A DNA stretch of 64,000 nucleotides, from NCBI GenBank assembly GCA_013239625.1, contig MU055594.1, forward strand, positions 20,512,039-20,576,038. The letters are read 5' to 3'. The position numbers and the translations under genes are program-made. This document shows, one piece after another, positions 1-11,700 of this stretch (its first letter is position 1; every line of letters begins with the position of its first letter). Below the pieces are notes generated by a model, which saw only the letters and a program-made list of their open reading frames with translations, was not told the DNA's origin and did no database searches. The DNA is from Lama guanicoe (taxonomy: Eukaryota).

Positions 1-273
1 GACTACATGTTATCGGACCTTCCCCGAAACACACGTTTGATAGCATCGTGAGGATAAAGGGTGACCGATACTCCCGGTCCCAGGCTCCCGGCCAGACAGC
101 CGGGGCTGTAAAGATTTTCTAGGCGGGTCCCGACTGGCTAATGACGTGGTTCCTCACAGGCCAGCCTCACCTCAGAGTCCAGGGCAAGTTAATCAAATGA
201 CCCAGCTCCTACTGGAATGGGGAACTGATGGAGAAATCCCATGGGCTCTACTAGGGGAGGCTTAAGAATGAAT

Positions 274-500
274 GTGGGGGGAGGGATAAGTCAGGAGTCT
301 GGGATTTCAGACACTACTGTATATAAAGTAGATAAACAACAAGGTCCTACTGTGTTGCACAGGGAGCCATATTCAGTAACTTGTGATAACGTATAGTGGA
401 AAAGAATCTGAAAAAGAATACATACACATACCTCTATCTGAGTCACTCTTTTGTACACTTTAAACACTGTGAATCAACGATACTTCAGTAAGATGTTTTA
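274..500 (+). mobile_element. L1 3' UTR fragment (5'-truncated)
   Basis: Motifs ataaacaacaaggtcctactgt...gaaaagaatctgaaaaagaata...aatcaac...acttca are shared with the other L1 ends in the window. Confidence 0.85.
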
Positions 501-534
501 AAAAGAATGAATGAGAGATGGGAGCCACCTGTAC

Positions 535-763
535 CTTTGGTTATAAAGGAGCCGGTCCTGCTCAGGGCCGAGGAGCCGCTGGACGTGGAGTCGCAGCGCA
601 GAAGGGGCTCGGACTCGTCCACGAAGAAGCCCTTGTTCTTGTCGAGCGGGGAGGGCTCCACCGTCAGGAGCGTGGAGTTCTCAAGTTTCGTGTTGGGGCT
701 GGGCATGGGGCTCGGGCCGAGGGGGCTGGGGCTCATCGGGAGGGCCAGCTTGTCCGTTTCCAG
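535..763 (-). CDS. TNFRSF21: TNFRSF21 coding exon 5 (Ser/Pro-rich cytoplasmic linker); the final exon lies outside the window
   Basis: Acceptor ccatccacag|CTG, donor AAAG|gtacag; 229 nt; [19 protein letters not shown]...[28 protein letters not shown]; no stop codon within the exon. Confidence 0.97.
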
Positions 764-812
764 CTGTGGATGGCAACAAACAACGTTCAATTACAGACTT
801 TGAAAATTACAG

Positions 813-995
813 AAACTATAATGGAAAAGAATCTGAACAAGATTATATATACATTCGTATAACTGAATCACTTTTGCTGTACCCCAGAAACTAACACAAC
901 ACTATAAATCAACTATACTTCAATAAAAATAAAATTAAAAAGTAAAATAAATTGTTTAACTGATGAAGGAAAAAAATGAAAAAAAAAAGAAAAAG
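813..995 (+). mobile_element. L1 3' end with A-rich tail
   Basis: aactataatggaaaagaatctgaa...ctaacacaac...aatcaactatacttcaataaaa followed by an A-rich tail. Confidence 0.85.
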
Positions 996-1273
996 CCCTC
1001 CGCAGATGCTATTTTTGGTTTAATTTAATATTTTATAAATTCTCCCATTTGACAGTCTATAACATATTATCGCTAGATACACACACACTGTTAAGCTCTA
1101 CAAAATATACGTGAGGATACGTATGAACATCAAAAATCAGGAGGCATATGCACCAAGCTGTCACCTGACGGGAGTGAAACTGGACAAGGAAGTGAAGAGG
1201 CAGACCTCTAACTTAAAATGTAATTTTGTATCACTGGAAATGGTCTCAGATAACACCCAGCATTTCTCCTCCG

Positions 1274-1620
1274 TGACGGGTGGAAATATGTGCCCCTCAA
1301 AAATTCAGGTGTTGAACTCGTAACTCCCTGTGCCTCAGAAGATGACTGTATTTGGAGACAGAGCCTTTAACAAGGCAATGAAGGTACAGCTGGGCCCTAA
1401 TGCAATGTGACTGGTGTCCTCATAGGAAGAAAAGGTTAGGACGCAGACACAGAGGGGAGCCATGTGAAGACACACGGAGAAGACGGATATCCACAAGCCC
1501 AGGAGAATCAACCCTGCGGACACCTTTATCTCCAGCGTCTAGTCTCCAGAATTGTGAGAAAATAAACTTCTGACTTTTAAGCATCCCACTCTTTTACAGC
1601 AGTCTTCGCAAACCAATACG
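1274..1620 (+). mobile_element. MaLR (MLT1A/B-like) solo LTR
   Basis: Typical MLT1 motifs: gactgtatttggagacagagccttta, gggccctaat..tgactggtgtcctcataggaaga, ccagaattgtgagaaaataaa. Confidence 0.8.
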
Positions 1621-3486
1621 CCCTCTCTTTACACATAAGGAAATTGACCTAGAGAGGCTACGTGACTGTCTTCAGGGCACCCAACCAGGAAGAGGCAGAA
1701 CGCAGACTAAACCCTTCATCTCCTGACTCCCATCTCAAACTAGCTCAGGAAGTAAATCAAACTGCTGGAAAAAAGGAGGACAGGAAAACACCGGAGGCAA
1801 AAGCTGCTGGAAGGAGAGGGAGGACCACCTAGCCAGGGGACCGGCTTGTAAGGATGTAGTGGAGACCGTGAAGCTTGCATTGTGGGGTGAGGGTCAGAGA
1901 GACAATAACAAGAACGCAAACAAGTAAGATGGTTACAGGTGGAGAGAGCCAGCTTCATGGCCACTCTGGCTGCTGTGTGGAGACTGGATCTGAGGGAGGC
2001 AAGAATCAACGCAGAGAGAGCAGTTAGGACACTGCTACAGTGACCAGGTGAGGTATAATCACAGTTTGTACCAGGATGCCCGGTGGAGACGGGCGGAGGT
2101 GATCGGTGGTATCACCCCATTGTACAGGTGAAGTGACTAAGGCCCAGGGAGGGCACACAGACCCTGGCGAAAGCCAGTGCTCTACTAAGGTCTGCTGGAC
2201 ACGTCTGCTTGTCCCTGTCCTTTGACACTACATGTGAGGGCTCTGGCAGTCACTCATGGCATCTCCTGCTGGGTTGACTTTATCTTTTTATTGGCTCTTC
2301 TGGGATGGAGGAATATCTGGAAGCCGGGTGGCCAGATGACACAGGGCAGGGTTCAGGAAGCAACATACACTCCTCTCGGAGCTGTTAATCACCGCTCATT
2401 AGAAACCACATGACTCCCCTCATGAGAAGTCAAGCGAAACATTTTCAAGTTCCTCAATCAGACAGACATTGACCCTCATTTCAAAGTATGACGTTGCCCA
2501 GTTGTAAAACACACAAAGCAAAGTGCAATTGCCTCTTTTACAACCTGTAAGGCCTTAGAAATTCTTGCCACCGACTGCAGATTCTGAAGACCTCTGATGA
2601 CACCATGTCTAATGTTCCAGCAGCGCCTTCCCCCATACCCACATCCTGCCTCTGCTTCCTGCGCAAGTTTAAGACTTGGATATCAAGCATTCCCACCAGC
2701 CCCTTCTGATCCACAGACAAGTTTTATGGCTTTTAAGATTTTAATTCATTAGACCCAGGCATGTGCCCCTCCTCCCTGAAAATGCACACAGCCATGCAAG
2801 CCAATACACATTTTTCATTCACTCCATGAGACAAAGAGCACTTGTCTACACTCTGGTTCTCAGGGACAGTACATTGGGCGACACGGTCAGTCAATATAGT
2901 GCCCTGTTCTTGCTTACAAAAGGAATTAATTCCCGCCCACAAATCACATGCTGGCAGACTAAGAAGTCCACCCACCTATTTCCTGAACTTGGTTCAAACC
3001 TTTAAATATTTCATTTCCCCCCCTACCTTTGCCAAAGGATCTTATCGGTGGAAAGGAAGGCCATGATGGCCGACATAATTTGGAGAGACAGAATGCTGAA
3101 GTGATGCTGTCTTATAATTAACAGTGAGTCAAAATGAATGTGAAAATGCCCGTAGGAATGGTTTTAGCATCTCCACCACCATGAGAGCCAGAGACCATCT
3201 GACAACCATCTCTCTAGAAAATCCATTCAGCTACTAAGCACAGCTCTCCATCACTATGTAGAGGACACTCAGGAGCGGGTTGCATTCCAGGTTTCTCTGA
3301 AGTTACTTGCATTTATTCTCTAGAAGAAAAAAAAAATGCTCCTGGAAACTTAGTTCTTTCCTCCCTTTACCTTAATATTGACACCATCCATCAAAATTGG
3401 TTTGCAGCTCCGCAACTCAAGCATCGTGTTAGCTGTGATTTCTCTAATGAGTAACTGAAGCCTCAGGATGGGTGGGTGAAATTAAT

Positions 3487-3646
3487 TGTTTTTTTTTAAA
3501 TTTATTTTTATTTAATTTATTTTTATTTTGTGGTTGTGGGGGGCAGGTAAGTAGGCTTATTTACTTTTTAATGGAGGCACTGAGAATTAAACCCAAGACC
3601 TCATGCATGCCAGGCGGGCACTCTACCACTGAGTTACACCCTTCCT
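3487..3646 (-). mobile_element. tRNA-derived SINE (Vic-1-like)
   Basis: Reverse complement carries a tRNA-like head (gtaactcagtggtagagtgcccgcctggcatgcatgaggtcttgggtttaattctcagtgcctcca) and an A-rich tail. Confidence 0.85.
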
Positions 3647-4219
3647 CACAATTCTTTATTAGTTCAGCAAAGTTCATGGTTCAGTACTGAGTTCACAGCA
3701 CGTTAAGAACACACACAATAAGACTTAGATACTAAAAAAGAAGACATGCGCTAAACAAGAAAGTCCATTAAAAGAGGGTTTTATCCTCTTGAGCATAAAC
3801 TTATCAAAACATTCACAACGTAGATCATGAGTAACTTAGTTTATTCCTGATTCTTCTCTAAGCTTCCCAAGTTCTCTACAGGGACATATTAACTTTCGTA
3901 ATTAGAAAAACAATAAATGTTATTTTTAAAAGCCATCACCACCGAGGAGTATGCTTTCTCGCTCTTCACTTGCAAATGTTGTGGCCGCAGCAGCCCTTAT
4001 TTACAGCAGGAGCCAAGGCACAGGGCAGTTGGAAGACCATCCACTTGGCTGAACTCCCCTCTATACTTTTCGCAAGCGTTCACGGGCACAAAAGGACAAC
4101 ACTCCTCCCCAACCTACTGCAGCGAGGCAAATATTAAGACTTGAAAGACAGGTCTCAGGGAAAAACTTGGCCAGGGAAGGCAAGATATCTGAAGCTCCTT
4201 TGGAGAAACTTGAAAAGTC

Positions 4220-4760
4220 AAGTTCTCTTTGTTCTGCAGAGGCGAGCGAACCATGTTAACTTGGGAGACTCCCTCGAGAAATAAGGCAGAGAGATGGTAA
4301 GACAGACTAACAAGAGTGGAGGGTGGCAGGGATAAGGAGGGGAGAGCTCTCTGAGCAGCCTCAAACAGCTCGGACCCCTCGTGTGAACTTCAAGAGCAGG
4401 CAGCTTACTTTGGCCAACAACGTCCTCCGGATCAGTTTCCATGCCCATACGCTTTGTCCTTCCGGATCCTTTATTAGCCTGAACTGATAAGGGAAGAGAG
4501 ATAAATGGCTCACCTTACTCGACAGCAGCTGAATCACACCTATCGCTCCATGGCTGACCTGACTGCTCTCCTTTCTGATGAGCAAAACCACTGAGTTAGG
4601 AACCAGCCGGAACGGATGAGGCAAACAAGGTATGGATTGCAATTTGTGGGCTTGAACGTCTCTGGGCTGCCGAGATTTGAGTAGCGTTGGTGAGAACAAT
4701 GACTTCACTTGTATTTGCGTTGTACTGGAATGAGCCATCTCCAGGTGTGTTCTGGAAACC
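4220..4760 (-). mobile_element. Possible ancient RTE-X/L4-type LINE reverse-transcriptase remnant
   Basis: Colinear degraded peptides across frames (FQYNANTSEVIVL; AIGVIQLLSSKVSHL; YGMET; CLRLLRELSPPYPCHPPLLL) resemble C-terminal RT-region motifs of RTE-like LINEs. Pattern recognition only. Confidence 0.35.
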
Positions 4761-5899
4761 CTCCATCCCTCCCCAAACTGAAGTGCCCACTCTGGGTGCT
4801 CAATTCAGTCACAACCTGAAACTGAAGCTCAAAAATACCAACCCCCCAAATCACTTCCCTGTCGACTGGCCCTTCCTAGGATGACACACTGTGGAAGGCT
4901 GCAGTGTTTCTCCAGTCCCGGGGATGGTGGAGCCATGGATGGTAGACTGATAGTCATGGCGAAGGTGGTGTATGAAGGAAACAGGGTTTGAGACAACTTT
5001 GCTCCTCTCCTGTGAGGGAGCAGCAGTTCTGAGCATACTCTGCAAACTGCAAGGGGCAGGGGACTCCGGCCTCAGAAGCTTCTTTTCAGCATGAGTATCA
5101 TGTTCTTCACAGTCAGCTCCTAAGAATCAAAGTCATGAAAGTCCTGGAACATCATGGCAAGGGGAAAAAAGAAATCTACCACCAACTAGCTGTGTGGTCG
5201 GGGACAGTGGATACACTCACCACTGGCAGAAAACCACACCCCTTTTCAGCCCTGTTTCCTCATTTCTAAAGAAAAAGATTACTCTAGGTCATTCTTCCTC
5301 AAATTATGTCTTCACATTGTTTGTCTTATCATACCTGTTTCATGATGCCACCTCCCCACCTGTGGACCCCAATTCCCTTTCTCCCTCCAAGTTACCCCCA
5401 ATTGGTTCACTCAACTAAGATACCACCGAGTTATTTTCAATTACTACCCAATTACAATCTCCTGGTGGTTGCACAATCTGTTTTCATAAAACTAATTAAC
5501 AACTTTGATGCATCAGTGATCCCCTGAAATGAAGCCTTAATTACCCAGCCTAGATGCCCCTTTGCCAATCTGCTAAAATGGTTCAACTTAACCCCTTGGC
5601 TCCTGGCATCACCCATTCAGATTCCACAAGATTCCTTTTCTCCCTGCTCTATCGCCAGATATGCCTGATAGACTCAAGAAGAAAGCTCCTTACAATCAAG
5701 ACACCATTTCAACTGAACTTTCCCTCCAGACCTCATCCAACACTTAGAAAGAAGGAAGAGTTCTTTTGTGACATTTGTGAAAATTTCTATCACTTTAATG
5801 ACGGTTTTCAAAAACTCATTTGCTAAATTCAGTGGAAACTAATTGGTATTCCATCCGAGTTGACCAGTTTGTTACTCAGATCCAGTAAACAAAAAGGGA

Positions 5900-6100
5900 C
5901 TTAACGAAATAAGCCATCATCAATACTGTGCTAAACGAGTCGGCATGAAATATATGGAATCCAGATGACATTAAGGTAGCTTTTATTAGCTCCATTTTAC
6001 AGAAGAGAAAACTGAGACTCTCAGAGCTTTAAGTAACCTCCCTATGGTCACAGAAGCCAAGATTCGAGATCTGGTCTGGTCTAGTTTCCAAGTAATCTTT
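5900..6100 (-). mobile_element. MIR SINE
   Basis: MIR core: ccattttacagaagagaaaactgagactc...taagtaacctccctatggtcaca. Confidence 0.75.
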
Positions 6101-9079
6101 GCTGAGCCAAGTCACTTCCTTATCTGGACCTACTAAGGTTAGAGAAATTGGCAAACCCTGTAAACTCAATATAAGACGTCATCTGGCCACCAAGGGCTGC
6201 CCTGGCCCTGCAGCCAGAGTGAAGGGGCCAGAGGCAGGGTCTGCAAGGACCTATAACCCAAAGGCAGATTTTGCACGCTGGCTGGGTGATTGCCCAGAGA
6301 TAAAGATGAGCGATTATGTAAAAACTTCAACTGGAGCCAATAACTTTGTTTCCTATTTGAAAATATTTCAGATCCCAACAGACCAGTGACTATTTAAAAA
6401 CAAACAAATTCAATTTCCACTAAAGGTTTATCTCAAAAGAATTACAGTCGCAAATAAAGACATAACTACAACTATTTAAGGATGATGTTATTATCTCTTG
6501 TTTCCCCCCTCCTCCCAACTGCCTGTGTAATCAAGACAAAACTGGATTTCATGACCTCCAGCAGATCCATGTAGGTATGTAACACTGGGCTGATAAAAGC
6601 AAGCACTAGCCTCCTTGCCATATAAATCTCTCTCATATCAGAATCTCCATATGATACAGTCCCTAAGTTTAGAGAAAAGGAATTCAGATAATAAGAAATG
6701 CTGTATTGTTCCAGGACTTCAGATCTAAATGAGGATTCAGATAATGAAAGCTACCAGGCCTATCTCCAAAAATGTATCTGAATCTATTCAATTCCTAAGT
6801 TCAGATACTAAAGAATACCTGTATACGGTGATTTCTTCTTTAAAAAATAAATAAGAATGAAAACACCACCCCCAACAAAAAGGAGAAAAAGAAGCAGGTT
6901 TCCTTAAAGCTCCAGAAGATATGAAACAATGATTTCATTTATTCTTCTGAGTGTGAGTTCTTGTTCAAGCCAACCCGAAGTAAGGGGACTTGAAAAGAAT
7001 AAATCCAAATTGACTCAATAAAAAATTTTTGCAAACAAAAAGTAAAAAAAAATTAAGAGAAAAATGAGAAGACGCTGATTCCTAAACCTTTAAAAGAAGG
7101 ATTATCAGTGGTTAAGAAACTTGGAGGGAAGTCTTGGAAACAGGAATACGGACTGAAAATATTTACACGCGTATATAGGTAAAAGCAAAGATGTCAAAAG
7201 AGGAGTAATTACTGAATCTAGGTAGTAGGTTGTGGGTGTCTGCTGTACCGTGTTTTAATTTTTCTTTGTTTCCTAAGTCTTCTTTTCAAAATCCAGGAAA
7301 AGAAATAAAAAAGAAGGGCTAAGAGCCAAACAACCTTAAGACAAAAATTCCCCAAACTTTTCCTAAGCGTCTGACTGTTTAGTTTTTTGTTGTCCTTCTT
7401 TCTTCCTCGTTCTCCTGCCAAGACTACAGGAAACGGAGACAAGGAGGTGCTTCCACTGCATACGCAGGGGACAGCGCTAACACGTAAATCTACGTTGTCA
7501 TTGGCGGGTGGGTCTCGGCTGTCTAGATCTCCCTGGGGTCATGGTAGGTCATGGGGCGGAAGCAGGAACAGGACTTCAGATCTTCAGATCTAACAAGGCC
7601 AAGACGTCCCATTCAGCTTCCCTGGGAACCCACTCAAGACCACAGAGGTAACAGAGCTGAGTGAATGCTGACTCTGCGCTGCTCAGGGGAGCTGGGGGCC
7701 AAACAAACTCCCCGCAGGAGGCTCACAGGATTAACCTGACCAAAAAATGCCAAAACCACTGGGGAATTATTTTAAAAGACACCCCACACCCACCCTAGGT
7801 CTGCCCAAGCATAGGATAATTGGAGGCCTTTGTTTCAGCTGCAACGTTACCAAAGACTATATTTAAATATTAACCCAGGCTAGCTGGCCAGGGTGTGTTT
7901 CTCCCTGAAGTACCTCGAGCCCCCATCAAGGCAGCTGCTAGATAGTCTTGTGTGTATATGTCATCGGCTAATTCTGATCACGTCTAAGAGTTAAGTTTCA
8001 AAACTGAATCCCAAAGGCTACAAATCCATCCGCATGTAAACCAGGGTGTTGTTGGTGGCCAGTCCCCGCCATCAGCAAGAAAACTTAAGGCGGGAGGACT
8101 GGTGCACAGGGGACAAGCCACAGGAAGTCACGACAAGTCGGGCTGTGCGAAGCGGCCGGAGCTGGTAAGAACCAGCTGGCTCCGGAGGGCGTGTCCTGCC
8201 CAGCTGCCGGCGTGTGTCTGCAGGCTGTCCCCGCTGCTGACATCAGCCCTAAGGCTGCGGCTCTGGGCTGACTCACCGACTAGCTTCCTCAAAAAGGGAA
8301 GTGAGGGTAGTGGGTCGGGGGCTCCCTGGGTTCAAGGCTGGAGCCCACTCACAGTCAGATACACTGCCAGCCCTGCTAAGAGCTCAGCCTCATCCATGCA
8401 TGAGGAGTTTCCCTAAATGTCACTCAAAGAGACCTATTAGGAAGCCTTCCCCGCCCCCACATACTCTTGGACAATTCTAACCACGAAAAGAGGTGGCACT
8501 TATCTTACACGCTTGCCTGAAGACAAGAAGGAAGACCAAACTGTATAAAAGGAGGTCTTGTGTGTTCCAGGCTGGCACCTGTATACTGAAGATAAGACCT
8601 ACAGAGACCGACTGTACAGTAGCTCCGCCCCGTTCATTGGGGCACATGAATCTTGCGGTATTTCTCCAGCGAACACCAGACTAAAGGCTTTAGAACGTTC
8701 CAAAAAACAGTTGAGGAGGATGGAAAATAATTTCATAGGAAATTTTCTTGAGGTGAGAAAGCTCAAGCTTATCTTTGTGACTCAAGTTTTCTGAACTTCC
8801 CACATTGGATTAAATTAGTGTTATTCCTAAAAGCCTTAGTTGGAATTCTGCCATTCGAACGAGAACATACATGGCACACAATTCCATAGGTACCAGTGGG
8901 GACTTTGAAAACAGGTCTCCTTTACTAACCTGACTTCGGCTACTCAGCTCCCCTCAGAGTGTTAACTTTTACCAGCTCCCCACGTATTCATCCAGGAATA
9001 GTCCATCCATACTTACACCAATTAGTACGTACAAATATTCTCCACCCCACCCCAGCTCTTCTTTTTCACCCTTAACAAT

Positions 9080-9960
9080 TTTTTTTTAACAACAGGGTGG
9101 CACAGTCTAGGTATACACTGTTATGCACCCTGCCCTTTTCCACTTAAAAATCCTTCTTGAGGTTAGCATGTGAAGAGCTGACTCACTGGTTTTGACTCGT
9201 GCATGCTGTTCCACTGTGTGGATGTCCCCTCACTTACATAACCCATCCTCTACTGAAGGGCATTTGTGTTGCTTCCACTCTGTTGTGATCCCAAGTGATG
9301 CTACAGTGGACACTTGGACTTGCGTCATGCTGCACACATGTGGGATGCACATAAGAACAGATGAAGAACATAGTCCTAGGAGTGGAATGTCAGTGGTCAG
9401 CGGACACGTACTGTGGGAGATGAAGCCAGATGGCCTTCCGTGGGGGCGGGGCTCACGCACAGATGGACCAGCGATGGGTGCTGTTCTTAGTCCCTCACGA
9501 CACAAGGATGGTGTCGTACCTTTTCCTCCTTGCCAGTAAAAGAGGTTAAAACTGTATCTCAAATAAATATTTACATGTTTTAAAAGATCGTATCTCAGTG
9601 TAGATTTCAATTTGAATTCTCCTTATTCTAAGCAAGGTTAAAAAAAAATCTATATACCTTTAAGAGCCCTCAGTATTTCTTTCAGTGCACTGTCTTGTTC
9701 ACAGACTAGCTATTTTTTGGATGGTTGGTCTCTTAATTAATTTGCAAAAGCTCTTCATCGTTAAAGGAAATTAACTCTATGAGGCCAATAGCTTCCCCAG
9801 TTATTATTTTGTCTTTTGATTTGCATATGGTTTTTTCTGGCTTGTATGTTTATTGTTAAGGAGTTGAATCTCTTGCATGAATCTTTCTCAGAAGAGCCTT
9901 ACCTCCTGCTGTGATTATTAAAAACGAAAACAACCTCCCTGCTTCTCCCCAGCACTTTTC
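9080..9960 (-). mobile_element. Old L1M (L1ME/MC-like) ORF2-3' remnant
   Basis: Degenerate antisense L1 motifs (ttaaccatcctctactgaagggcatttgtgttgcttcca; tcctaggagtggaatgtc). Confidence 0.6.
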
Positions 9961-10156
9961 TGGTGGTAAGTCATCTTAATGGTTGGTCATTCCAGCCTGT
10001 CCCCTGACTCAGCCCAACTGTGGATAAACCAAAATTCCTTCTGAAAATAAAAAAGGAGGATGCGAATCAGGAGTGACAGCTGTCTCTCCCAAGGGAACGG
10101 TGACAAATAAGTGATTAAAGTGTTGAAATTAAACGGTGTACGATAAAACCTACTGC

Positions 10157-10310
10157 AAGGGGGAGGGTATAGCTCAGTGGTAGAGTGCATGCTTAGCATG
10201 CAAGGTCCTGGGTTTGATCCCAGTGCCTCCATTAAAAATAAGTAAGCAAACCTACTATCTACCCTCCAAAAAATAAAAAATAAAAAATAATTTTAAAAAA
10301 CTTAAAAAAA
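10157..10310 (+). mobile_element. tRNA-derived SINE (Vic-1-like) with target-site duplication
   Basis: ggggagggtatagctcagtggtagagtgcatgcttagcatgca...ggtcctgggtttgatccc; flanked by aaaacctactgc / aaaacccctactgc. Confidence 0.9.
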
Positions 10311-10809
10311 ACCCCTACTGCTGTCCACAATGTAATTCCTCATCCGTAAGCATACATGCTTTTGGCACTTGGATTATAACAGATCAAGACACAGTCTCAA
10401 AATCATAGGACCAAGATGCTAGGACAAAACTTACAGCTACGAAGCTTTATCTGAAGAAGAATTCTGGCTTTAAAACAAACAAGAAAAAGAAAATACAATC
10501 TCCAGCACTGGTGACTGATGGCGAAAACAAGCTTCATTTCACAATATTGATTCTGATTTCCCTCCCGTGCAGTTTTTGAGAAAGCCAGGAAGCGGGTGGA
10601 TTAAAGGGCTGCGTATGTCACCAACTAATAGACTCAAGTTTTTCTGAATGTTGAGACACGGTGTCTCAGGAAAAACAGAAAAACTCACGGCAACTCCTCT
10701 ACATGGCGGTTTCACAGAAATATATTCTAAAGTTCGGCGCACGTGCGCAGCCTGCCTGTAACACTGCCGGTGTCTTCAGGGATGATCCCGTTTTTGTGTT
10801 TGTGTGTGT

Positions 10810-11165
10810 GTGTTTTTATATACAGTTTTTAAAGGTTACACTCTAAGTACAGTTGTTACACAATATTGGCCATATTCCCCATTATATAATATATCCCTCT
10901 AGCCCTGTCTTACACCCCGTAGTTTGTACCTCCCACTCCCCCACTCCTGTATTGCCCCCGCCGACCCCCACTGGTAAGCACTCATTTGTCCTGTCTCTGT
11001 GAGTCTGCATCTTTTTTCTTATATTCACTAGTTTGTTGTATTTTTTTTAGATTCCACCTATGAGCGACATCATACAGTATTTGTCTTTCTCTGACTTGTT
11101 TCGCTATGCGTAATCCCTGCAAATGGCAACGTGTCCTTCTTTTTTATGGCTGAGCAGTATATACT
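10810..11165 (-). mobile_element. Older L1MA-type 3' UTR, sense to the gene
   Basis: tagtttgtacctcccactcccc...ctgtgagtctg...tttttagattccac...atcatacagtatttgtctttctctgactt...ttttttatggctgag. Confidence 0.8.
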
Positions 11166-11273
11166 GTGCGCTTTCATTTAGGATCTCCAGTGCCTGGTGC
11201 AGGGCTCAAAATGAAATAGGTGTCCCATTAATGTCTGCTGAAGAAATTGCTTGTGCCAAACCATCTCATCTTT

Positions 11274-11376
11274 TTCTTTTTCTTCTTTTTTAATGAGATA
11301 CTGGAGATTGAACCCAGGACCTCGTGTATGCTAAGCATGCACTCCACCACTTGAGCTATTACCCACCCCCACCCCT
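11274..11376 (-). mobile_element. tRNA-derived SINE (Vic-1-like, short form) with 16-bp TSD
   Basis: TSD aaaccatctcatcttt (11258-11273) / aaaccatcttatcttt (11377-11392). Confidence 0.9.
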
Positions 11377-11519
11377 AAACCATCTTATCTTTAAAGAATT
11401 CTTGGGAAAAAAAAAAAGCACGTGTGAGTGTGTGTGTGTTGGGGAGGGGGAGTGTGTCAATACCAGACATCTGTGTCCCAGACTTTTCTCCTCATAACCC
11501 GTTCACTTCAAGCGCAACT

Positions 11520-11700
11520 ACCGTATTTCATTAATTCCATGGTGCATTTTTTTTTCGCATTTTAGCACCTCTGAAATAGGGATGTATCTTACAACTGCTT
11601 TTATTGCTTTCTTAATGGTACCCATAATAACGGTACATACACAATGTACATGGCATTCAACAAAATACAGCAATATATCTTGATTCTAAAACCTACTGCT
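11520..11700. mobile_element. MER104/Kanga-like Tc2 DNA transposon remnant
   Basis: Begins ccgtatttcattaattc...tttagcacctctgaaatagggatgtatcttaca. A similar remnant lies at ~27480-27625. Confidence 0.55.

Noticed and set aside
6640-6830. Recurrent ttcagata motif
   Set aside because: Irregular spacing and short unit; likely a decayed DNA-transposon remnant or chance, and not an array.
10157-10232. tRNA-like sequences (A and B boxes)
   Set aside because: They are SINE heads with A-rich tails, TSDs and multiple diverged copies, not tRNA genes.
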